From Candidatus Peregrinibacteria bacterium CG11_big_fil_rev_8_21_14_0_20_49_14 (lineage in GTDB: Bacteria > Patescibacteriota > Gracilibacteria > Peribacterales > Peribacteraceae): a stretch of 64,000 bases of DNA. Shown here piece by piece: positions 32,174 to 40,224 of this stretch. The notes under the pieces were generated by a model, which worked only from the letters and a program-made list of their open reading frames with translations, was not told the DNA's origin and made no database searches. The stretch is from NCBI GenBank assembly GCA_002787035.1, contig PCVP01000014.1, positions 11,542 through 75,541 of the forward strand, given 5' to 3'. The position numbers were made by a program, and so were the translations under genes. How positions within the stretch are numbered: position 1 is the first letter of the stretch; each line of letters starts with the position of its first letter.

Positions 32174-33322
32174 CTACGAGAGTACAGCTCGTATCTTTTT
32201 GGCGTTAGGAAGAATGTCTATTCCGGAAGCATCATACAGAGTATTCATGAGTGCGTCTCCCTTTACCATGTCTTGTGTAATTTCGCCGTATGAATCTATG
32301 TCGCCATAGGTTTTCCCCTGTGCAATGCCGGGCCCTGCCAGCACCGCATAGCCCACATTGTGATGGTCTCTGCCTCCCGAAGCATTAATACGTGGAGTAC
32401 GACCGTGTTCGCTTGTGACCAGAAGAAGAAATCCGTGATGATGTGCATCATCTATAAGCGCTGCAATCGCCTGATCTGTCGGAGGAATGAGCTCGTCACT
32501 TCTGTCTTTGATACTAGTATGCATGTCCCATCCTTTTCCCTGTTCGTTATACACAAAACTGATTCCTGCCCCTTGTTGTGCGAAACTGGAAGCGAGCGCT
32601 GCGGATCTTCCTATTTGATTATCTCCGAACCTATTCAGTTGTTTTTCGGCGTCCGAGAAGGGGCGAGTGAGTTTATCTCCACCAAGGAGCAGTGAAAAGG
32701 CAAGTTCTCTGTTCTCCTGCATAAGGGTGATAGCGGGAGAAGAGAGTTGTTGCCCTCTTGTTTCAAGAACATGAAGTAACTCCAACCTTTTTCTCAGTCC
32801 GGGGTCCGCCTGAATAGGCGGCGGTGCAAAACGATTTTCTTCTTTATTCCATTGCACATGAAATCCGATATTTGGGTCCAATTGTGCTCTGTCTGTAAAT
32901 ATACTGGGAAGTTCTATGAAAGGATGCGGTATACCTCCATGCGAGAATTTCCCGGAGCCTTTTTGCATGGAATCACCCACAACATACTTTGCATTATGGG
33001 AGGTATTGCCGCAGTCGAGAGACTTTACGACGGATGCTTTATGCAAAACTTCGCAAGTTTTCTGCCATCTTGAATCTATGAGTGATCCGTTTTTTGCACG
33101 CGTACTCGTTACATCTCCCCGGTATTCATTGGGTCCTGCAATTGGACTTACAAACTCATACGGAGATTGTGCACCACCCTGAAAGAATATGACAATCGGC
33201 ATGATTTTGTTTTTGGTACTAGCTTGCACGCTCTGCACCCCGGCAAGACCCGCGGCAGATATGGCAAGAAAAGACCTTCTACTCATTCTTTCCAGTTGCC
33301 TGGTTTCGTTAGAAGCTCTCAT
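32174..33322 (-). CDS. DUF1501-like protein with twin-arginine N-terminus
   Basis: SRRSFL, F-x-x-GG-x-x-S, GWDMH, SEHGRTPRIN...GRDH, LAGPGI. Confidence 0.8.
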   Translation of the reverse strand: MRASNETRQLERMSRRSFLAISAAGLAGVQSVQASTKNKIMPIVIFFQGGAQSPYEFVSPIAGPNEYRGDVTSTRAKNGSLIDSRWQKTCEVLHKASVVKSLDCGNTSHNAKYVVGDSMQKGSGKFSHGGIPHPFIELPSIFTDRAQLDPNIGFHVQWNKEENRFAPPPIQADPGLRKRLELLHVLETRGQQLSSPAITLMQENRELAFSLLLGGDKLTRPFSDAEKQLNRFGDNQIGRSAALASSFAQQGAGISFVYNEQGKGWDMHTSIKDRSDELIPPTDQAIAALIDDAHHHGFLLLVTSEHGRTPRINASGGRDHHNVGYAVLAGPGIAQGKTYGDIDSYGEITQDMVKGDALMNTLYDASGIDILPNAKKIRAVLS

Positions 33323-33725
33323 GCTTTATATATGTACTCCTCGTACTTAAATTGTCCAATTACGAGGACTTGCGAAGTCACTTCTGCACCTGAAAATGGC
33401 TTAGTATAGCCATATATTATCTTGAAACTAACTGCTTGAATGCGTATCCCATGCCCATAGCTGTAGCATTAGATATGACTCTAGACAAAAAATGGGTTTG
33501 TTTGGTAATTTTTACATTCAAAAAAACTCCATGTCTGCTACAGTAATTTCGATACCATCGTTTTAGGTGTTTGCACTTGCAATTCTTTAAACCCGTAATT
33601 CAGAGCAAAAAGGGGCATCCGGCCTCTGGTCATCGCTCTGATAAGCGGGATACCGCTTACAACATGGGATCATCATGCAGGTTGTCCCTTCTAGGGCAAT
33701 CTGCAAAGACTACTCATCTTCTGCG

Positions 33726-35138
33726 ATGATTTCATTGAATCGAGCCAAAGAGTACATAACTCTTCATTGGAAAATGATTGGACTACTACAGAGAATTCAA
33801 ATAATTCTTTCGCTTGTTCTATTTCTAATATTATTACCTTTCGTATATTCGAATTTTTCAGCCTCCAATATTGAAAAGATATTTTCAACATTTGTCTTCG
33901 CAATCGCCTTCACATTCATTTGCACATGGTACTATCCCTACTTTAAAAGTAGAAAACATGGAGCAATGTTTAACATTATAGTTATTTTGTTATTGCCTCT
34001 TTGGTTTGTGTTTATAACTTCTACATTACCTAATGTACTACGCATCTATTTACTCAAGAAAATAATTGGATTTTTGTTATCAGTTTCCGCTGTCACCTTC
34101 ATTCTTACGTATTTGTTGAAACCAAATACAGATACAAAGCCAAAATATAAGGCTCTATTATTAATGCCCGTTCTAATTTTGATTACTGAGATAGTGGGTA
34201 ACACTAGCTATCATCTAGCCGTTGGAAAGTTCCTATGGGAACCGCTTGGTGAATTTTACAATATTCGTCCCTACACAGAAAGGGTTGGCGATGCCAGAAT
34301 ATTTACTTCCAAAAAAAACTACTCAGATGAATCATATTCTTTTGATGAAAATGGCTTTAGAGAAGGTAAAAATCACTATTCTTCTGAAGGGAAAAACATA
34401 GTTATTATTGGTGATTCTGTTCCATTCGGCATGGGTGTAAAAAATGATGAAACAATATCCTCATATCTTTCTGTAAAACTTCCATCATTCGGAATTATTA
34501 ATGCGGCATTACCTTCATATTCATTACATCAAGCAATAGCAAGATTTAAGACTGAAATATTAGGAAAGTTTAGTACAGATATACTTGTTCTTCAAATTTA
34601 TGATCCCGCCTCTCAGTTTGCTATTTGGGGTAGGGAATGGAGTCCAGAAATTAGTTGGGCTTCAGGCGATAGGAAGTATAATGAAAAACATGATTGGATT
34701 AGGAATAACCAAATATTGAAATATTCATTTATTTTTTATTTTCTTTTTCCTAGAGATGATCAACGTGTACATGATAATTTAAAATTAGACAAAAACGACG
34801 CAATAGCATTTGCAAGATTCGAAGATATTAATCTGACAGAACTCGAGAATCTTCGAAAGATTACAGACGCAAAAATCATTATTTTACCAATCAATAATTC
34901 ACCATCTGCGCGTAACAATTATCCCACAGAGCATCTTTTAGCAGTTGAAACACTAAATAACATTCTCAAAAAATTCTCCGACAAGCATGACGATCAGTAT
35001 TTTTTGGATATACGCGAATACTTTAATTCATTAAAAAAAGATAATTTATTTTTAGATTCCTGTTGTCATTTGACCCCAGAAGGTAATAAAGCTCAGGCAG
35101 ATGCGTTATATGAAGAAATTGTTATGCTGCAAAATTAG
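33726..35138 (+). CDS. membrane protein with C-terminal SGNH/GDSL hydrolase domain (AT-rich)
   Basis: About five N-terminal TM helices, IGDSVPFG, NAALPSY, D-x-C-H-LTPEGN. Visibly more AT-rich than its neighbours. Confidence 0.82.
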   Translation: MISLNRAKEYITLHWKMIGLLQRIQIILSLVLFLILLPFVYSNFSASNIEKIFSTFVFAIAFTFICTWYYPYFKSRKHGAMFNIIVILLLPLWFVFITSTLPNVLRIYLLKKIIGFLLSVSAVTFILTYLLKPNTDTKPKYKALLLMPVLILITEIVGNTSYHLAVGKFLWEPLGEFYNIRPYTERVGDARIFTSKKNYSDESYSFDENGFREGKNHYSSEGKNIVIIGDSVPFGMGVKNDETISSYLSVKLPSFGIINAALPSYSLHQAIARFKTEILGKFSTDILVLQIYDPASQFAIWGREWSPEISWASGDRKYNEKHDWIRNNQILKYSFIFYFLFPRDDQRVHDNLKLDKNDAIAFARFEDINLTELENLRKITDAKIIILPINNSPSARNNYPTEHLLAVETLNNILKKFSDKHDDQYFLDIREYFNSLKKDNLFLDSCCHLTPEGNKAQADALYEEIVMLQN

Positions 35139-35152
35139 CGTTCCGCACCTTT

Positions 35153-35977
35153 TTAAAACTTGGAATACTCGCGTTGCATTCGCAACGTATCTTCTTCCAA
35201 AAGAGGGGATTCACAGACAACAGTACCTTCCACTCCTCTTTCATGAAGGACAGTAAGAAAGTCCTTCCACTTCGCATCGCTCTGCAAAAGAGGCAGATGC
35301 TTCTTCTCTCCTTTCTCAGTGTATTCGATACCCGAATAGTGCATATGAACAGAGGAAAGTGCTTTCTTACCCAGGTATTTTACGTACAAATCAAACATGT
35401 CATTCCATTCTTGTTTGGTGTTCCACGCCCCGTTGGAGCGCGCGTGCATGTGCGCGGGGTCTACTGTCGGGTATATGTGAAATTCCTTACTGAGTTTTAA
35501 GACCTCTTCCAGCGTGCCAAACTGTGTGGGTTTGCCCATTGTTTCGAATCCCAGATTCACATGCGAGAACAGCGTGTCTTTCTGTTTCATAATATCGGCT
35601 GTTGCCTGTCGGACATTCTCGTAAGCATCCGAAGGGTCCATACCCAAATAAAATGCAGGATGAACGCAGACAGAATGCGCACCGCACCTCTCTGCCATAC
35701 TCAGAGCATCCAATATCCGTTTTTTACTGGCAGCGAGCTTTTCTTTCTCCTTCGCATTGAGATTGATGAAGTAAGGAGCATGTACCGTGAGGTACATGTT
35801 GCACTGTTGCGCCGCCTCTCGTATTTCATCCATTCGCTCAGGATTTTTGGGCACTTGCTGCACCCACTCCATTTCCATGGCAGTAATGCCGAGCGAATGG
35901 GCATGTTCAATTCCTTTTACGGTTCCTCCGGAACCGGGAGTGGAAAGCGGAACGCCGGCTACAGCAAAGTGCAACAT
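35153..35977 (-). CDS. TIM-barrel endonuclease IV-like protein
   Basis: TVHAPYFINL, VHPAFY, ETMGK-x-x-QFG, DPAHMHAR, HMHYSGIEY, CESP. Start at 35977. Confidence 0.88.
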   Translation of the reverse strand: MLHFAVAGVPLSTPGSGGTVKGIEHAHSLGITAMEMEWVQQVPKNPERMDEIREAAQQCNMYLTVHAPYFINLNAKEKEKLAASKKRILDALSMAERCGAHSVCVHPAFYLGMDPSDAYENVRQATADIMKQKDTLFSHVNLGFETMGKPTQFGTLEEVLKLSKEFHIYPTVDPAHMHARSNGAWNTKQEWNDMFDLYVKYLGKKALSSVHMHYSGIEYTEKGEKKHLPLLQSDAKWKDFLTVLHERGVEGTVVCESPLLEEDTLRMQREYSKF

Positions 35978-35994
35978 AGTGGTAGTGTACAGGT

Positions 35995-37347
35995 GTGCCA
36001 CTTACGCAGGAAATTATCGACCGCACTTTGCACACCTCACTCGGTGATGGCGGATACAGGGTGGTGGAGATATTGCTCGACGCAGGATACGAAGCATGGT
36101 GGGTCGGTGGGTGTATTCGCGACATGTTACTGGGCGACGTACCCGACGATATAGACATAGCAACAGACGCGACTCCGCAGGACATCGTTCAGTTATTTCG
36201 AAAGTGTGACGACACTGCGGCTAAATTCGGAGCGGTGCTGGTTTCCCATGCGGGACATACATATGAATTCACCACATTCCGAGAAGAGCACGAAATAAGT
36301 GACGGACGATTTCCGGAATCAGTACGATTTACCACACGTGAGAACGATGCTTCTCGCAGAGACATCACCATAAATGCCATGTACTGGCATCCGATATCCG
36401 GTGAATTGTACGACCCATTCGGAGGAGAATCAGATCTGCATGCACTGCTGATTCGATTCATCGGGGACCCCAAAACACGCATTGAGCATGACGCACTCAG
36501 GCTGCTTCGCGTCATTCGATTTCGCGCACTCATAGGAGGGCAATACCACCCGGATACATTTGCAGCGTTACACAGTCTCTCGAAAAATATTTCTGTTCTC
36601 TCGGGTGAAAGAAGGCTCAAAGAAATGGAGAAAATGCTGCTCGGCCCGAACCCGGAAAGAGCATTCGAAGACCTGTGGGAAACAGACGTGTTGGAGCATC
36701 TGATTCCCGAACTGCACAAGTGCAAAGGCGTAGCCCAGCCCGCAGATTTTCACGAAGAGGGAGATGTGTGGGACCACACGATGCTCTGCATTGCTTCCTG
36801 TACGGAAGACCACGGAGCGGATGTTCGATGGTCCGCACTGTTTCATGACATCGGAAAAGCAGAGACATTCTCTGTGAAAGAACGCATAAGATTTGATGGT
36901 CACGCAACGGTTTCTGCCGATATTTCAGATACCGTTCTTCAGCGATTGCAGTGCCCTAAACGAAGGATAGAGAAGATTCACTGGCTCATAGAGCACCACA
37001 TGATGATGGGAAACTTTGCAGATATGAATACCGAAAGAAAGTCTCACTGGTACTACCACCCGTGGTTCATAGAACTTTTACAGCTCTTTTGGTTGGATAT
37101 TGCTGGTACAAAACCACAAAATTACGATTTGTATGATTCCATCATTTCAGATTACAACGAGTTTTTGAATGCAAATCCTCTTCCTCCAAAACCACTGCTC
37201 AGCGGAGAGAACGTTATGAAAATTCTTGGCATACAACCCGGAGCGAAAGTCGGTGAAATTATGAAGAAGCTCTACAAAGCGCAGGTGCAGAAAAAGATTT
37301 CTTCCAAGTCTGAAGCAATAGATTTCATAACATCACATTTTTCGTAG
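35995..37347 (+). CDS. CCA tRNA nucleotidyltransferase / poly(A) polymerase family with HD domain
   Basis: VGGCIRD, DIDIAT, RRDITINA, DALRLLR, H-x-EGDVWDHT, HDIGK. Confidence 0.93.
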   Translation: MPLTQEIIDRTLHTSLGDGGYRVVEILLDAGYEAWWVGGCIRDMLLGDVPDDIDIATDATPQDIVQLFRKCDDTAAKFGAVLVSHAGHTYEFTTFREEHEISDGRFPESVRFTTRENDASRRDITINAMYWHPISGELYDPFGGESDLHALLIRFIGDPKTRIEHDALRLLRVIRFRALIGGQYHPDTFAALHSLSKNISVLSGERRLKEMEKMLLGPNPERAFEDLWETDVLEHLIPELHKCKGVAQPADFHEEGDVWDHTMLCIASCTEDHGADVRWSALFHDIGKAETFSVKERIRFDGHATVSADISDTVLQRLQCPKRRIEKIHWLIEHHMMMGNFADMNTERKSHWYYHPWFIELLQLFWLDIAGTKPQNYDLYDSIISDYNEFLNANPLPPKPLLSGENVMKILGIQPGAKVGEIMKKLYKAQVQKKISSKSEAIDFITSHFS

Positions 37348-37378
37348 TATGTAGCTGTTTCCCATTCATACGGACTTC

Positions 37379-38221
37379 ATGACTTCTGTTCGTTGCGGTC
37401 CGCATAGAAAGGCGTACCCTTATGAAATGGAAAATGAAACGCAATGGAGCAGAGGATACGGAGAAACTGAAAGTGTTGGAGTGGTTCTTCACGGCTTAAA
37501 TATGAAACCGGAAAGCATGAACGACATGGTTGAATTACTTCAAAATACGAACGCAGAAGTGCTAAGATTAGCCATTACGGGTCACAGCGACTCTCAGTCT
37601 TCTTGGAACTTCGTTCAGAGAAAACATTGGATAAGCGATGTTTCACGTGGTATTGAAGAGGCAGCCAAAAGAGCAACAACGTTAGGCGTGCCGCTTCACG
37701 GAGTCGGGTATTCCATGGGAGGACAATTACTGGTAGATGCTCTGCAAGAAACGGGGATTCGCACAGATAAAAACATTCTTCTGGCTCCAAGTATCGCGTT
37801 ACGGCCCGTAGCACAGAGCCAACTACACTGGGCGAAATGGCTGGGACCTCTCCCGACTCCCAGCACTCTGAGCGAAGAATACAGATCTAATTCCACTATT
37901 CCCGGTTCTGCATACGGTGCCATGTCCAACTCTCAGAAAGCCATATATGAAACAAAGAATCCGCAAAATTTAAATGTTCCCACAATGATTATTTTAGATC
38001 CCGATGACGAATGGATTAGTGAGGACGGATTGCGGCTATTTATGCAAAAATTCAAATTAACGAACTGGGCATTTCGTTTGTTGAAAAGGAGCAAAGAAAA
38101 AATAGCGGGTCGTTGGCATCACTTGATTCACGACAAAAAGTCACTTGCGGAACACTGGGACAATATTTCATTGCATATCAAAGAATTCCTCTCCGTACGT
38201 GGCACTATGCGAAGTGGCTAA
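37379..38221 (+). CDS. alpha/beta hydrolase
   Basis: LHGLN, nucleophile motif GYSMGG, DPDDE, C-terminal HH. Confidence 0.85.
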   Translation: MTSVRCGPHRKAYPYEMENETQWSRGYGETESVGVVLHGLNMKPESMNDMVELLQNTNAEVLRLAITGHSDSQSSWNFVQRKHWISDVSRGIEEAAKRATTLGVPLHGVGYSMGGQLLVDALQETGIRTDKNILLAPSIALRPVAQSQLHWAKWLGPLPTPSTLSEEYRSNSTIPGSAYGAMSNSQKAIYETKNPQNLNVPTMIILDPDDEWISEDGLRLFMQKFKLTNWAFRLLKRSKEKIAGRWHHLIHDKKSLAEHWDNISLHIKEFLSVRGTMRSG

Positions 38222-38236
38222 TTTGCTGTATAATAT

Positions 38237-38734
38237 ATGGAAACATACAAATTTATGGAACAGTTTCTCTTGTCACAAGACGTCATAGGCAGAATTCTTC
38301 TAGCAGCATTTTTAGGATCTATAGCAGGCATAGAAAGGGATATTCACAACAGACCTGCCGGTTTGCGTACAAATATGGTTATCTCTGTAAGTTCGTGCCT
38401 TATGACCATATTATCCATAGATGTGTTTCTTCCTATGAGCCCCGAAGTGGACTTTACGCGCATGACTGCAGCGATTGTTTCGGGAGTCGGCTTTCTGGGT
38501 GCCGGAGTAATTATGCACCAAGGCAATGGCATTCAAGGAATGACAACCGCGGCACAAATTTGGCTTGTGTCCGGCATTGGTATGGCCGTAGGAGTGGGAG
38601 CCTACTCATTGGCTATCTTCACATGCATATTTACAGTCACAGCGCTTATTATTCTGGCTCCGCTCAGTCATAAGTTTTCTGAAATTGGGAACAATAACAA
38701 TCAAGAATGGAGTATGAAGAACGGCAAGCACTAA
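38237..38734 (+). CDS. MgtC/SapB family membrane protein
   Basis: GIER...PAGLRT, IVSGVGFLGAG, GMTTAAQIW, GIGMAVG. Confidence 0.93.
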   Translation: METYKFMEQFLLSQDVIGRILLAAFLGSIAGIERDIHNRPAGLRTNMVISVSSCLMTILSIDVFLPMSPEVDFTRMTAAIVSGVGFLGAGVIMHQGNGIQGMTTAAQIWLVSGIGMAVGVGAYSLAIFTCIFTVTALIILAPLSHKFSEIGNNNNQEWSMKNGKH

Positions 38735-38775
38735 AATTGTTGTAATTCAGTGACACAGTAGTAGAATGCAAAGTT

Positions 38776-39339
38776 GTGGTCACTCAAGAAGGAAACATAC
38801 GGGAGCAAAAGAAAACTTCTCAGTTTTGGTACGATATTGCCGAGTGGGAAGAAGGAGGGACAGTAGTAGATATATTGGAGACAAGATGGCGCCACCTCTG
38901 GGAGAGTGTTCCGGATCACATACTTGAAATAGATACGCAAGGAACTATTTTGCTTATCAATAAAGTTCTTCCACAGTACGAAATAAAGAATGTAATAGGT
39001 TCCAGTGTGTTTAGTTATGTGCCGGATCACCATCATGAAGCACTACGAAAAGCAATAACAGACGCATTGGAGACACGTGAAATGCATCAGTATGAAATTC
39101 CGACGTTTGCAGGCGGGGCTACCACATGGTGGACGAATCGCATTGTTCCTCTCATTCATAACAACGCGATAGTGACACTTCTTATTATTGCTACAAATGT
39201 GACTTCCATAAAAGAGAAAGAGCAGGAGCTTTCGAAACAAAATTTACAACTGAAGGCGTTGAATAAAGAGCTGAAGACACAGGCGAAAAAGCTGCGGTTT
39301 CTGGAGGAAGAGAACACGAGACTGAAGGCTAAATTTTAG
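38776..39339 (+). CDS. stand-alone PAS domain protein with C-terminal coiled coil
   Basis: PDHILEIDTQGTILLIN...VIG...NVTSIKE PAS/PAC pattern, then a heptad-like tail. No output domain. Confidence 0.75.
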   Translation: MVTQEGNIREQKKTSQFWYDIAEWEEGGTVVDILETRWRHLWESVPDHILEIDTQGTILLINKVLPQYEIKNVIGSSVFSYVPDHHHEALRKAITDALETREMHQYEIPTFAGGATTWWTNRIVPLIHNNAIVTLLIIATNVTSIKEKEQELSKQNLQLKALNKELKTQAKKLRFLEEENTRLKAKF

Positions 39340-39433
39340 TGGTTTATCATGAGCGAGGGTAAGGAGGGGCAGTTCGACTCACTTTGCTACGCTTCGTTCG
39401 CTCACTGTCATTAGACTTTTTTGGAGATTTTAA

Positions 39434-39484
39434 TGGTTTACCATGAGCGAGGAGTTCGCTGAAAGCGAACGACGAGTCGAATGG
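39434..39484 (-). repeat. tRNA-3'-attached repeat
   Basis: CCATTCGACTCGTCGTTCGCTTTCAGCGAACTCCTCGCTCATGGTAAACCA. A further partial copy begins near 39340. Confidence 0.85.
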
Positions 39485-39558
39485 TGGGCCAGGGTGGACT
39501 TGAACCACCGACCTCCGGTTTATAAGTCCGGGGCTCTAACCAGCTGAGCTACTGGCCC
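39482..39558 (-). tRNA. tRNA-Ile(UAU)
   Basis: GGGCCAG-TAGCTCAGCTGGTTAGAGC, anticodon arm CCGGA-CTTATAA-ACCGG (A31-A39 mismatch), GGTTCAAGTCC, discriminator A, encoded CCA. Confidence 0.9.
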
Positions 39559-39703
39559 TTACTGAATAATACAAAGATCTGAAGGAAAAGTAACGGCAGT
39601 TAAGAACGCGCAGTAAGTGGCTGCCGAGCTTTACCACAAGGCAGTCTACAGAAAATGCACGCCGTGAAAAGCGTGTTATTCGTAAGAATAATGATCAGGG
39701 GAA

Positions 39704-40150
39704 TTACTTCTCCTGAATCACTTCTATGGTCATAGGAACATCTGTTCCTACGAGGTTCACTGTAATTTCGTGAACACCGAGTGACTTAATAGGCTCTGAA
39801 ACCTTGATTGCTTCATCTTTCACATCAAGCTTCAGCTGTGACTTGATTTCTTCTGCAATAACCTTTTCTGCAATGGCTGCGTACAATTTGCCTGTCTTGG
39901 TAGCCTTTCGTGCAAACTTGATGGTCTTACCTTTCAGCTCGGAAGCACCGGCCTGCTGAGCAGACATTTCAGCAACCTTTTCCTCTGCCCTACGGCGAAT
40001 CTGCTCGGCGTAGCGACGTCGAACGGTTGGGGTGGCAACAAGAGCTTTGCGATGTGGCAACAGATTGTTCATTGCGTATCCGTCTCCCACTATAAGCAGG
40101 TCGTTCTTTTTGCCGATGCCGGGTAGGTCTTCGAGGAGTAAAACTTCCAT
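39704..40150 (-). CDS. rplI: 50S ribosomal protein L9
   Basis: MEVLLLED...GKK...DGYAMNNLLP, GKLY, PIKSLGVH. Confidence 0.95.
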   Translation of the reverse strand: MEVLLLEDLPGIGKKNDLLIVGDGYAMNNLLPHRKALVATPTVRRRYAEQIRRRAEEKVAEMSAQQAGASELKGKTIKFARKATKTGKLYAAIAEKVIAEEIKSQLKLDVKDEAIKVSEPIKSLGVHEITVNLVGTDVPMTIEVIQEK

Positions 40151-40224
40151 AGAATTGTTTCTAAAGCCGACCCACTCTACTCGGGTCAAGAAGCCTTGTC
40201 AACGGTTTTATATGAAATGCGAAT

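Noticed and set aside
33410-33545. Carbamoyltransferase pseudogene fragment (GVFLNVK on the minus strand)
   Set aside because: Resemblance is limited to a few residues and cannot be supported without BLASTX.
39559-39690. Structured RNA upstream of tRNA-Ile (CGGCAG/CTGCCG stem and flanking AT-rich inverted repeat)
   Set aside because: Short stems compatible with an ordinary promoter, leader and rplI terminator region. Evidence is insufficient for a distinct element.
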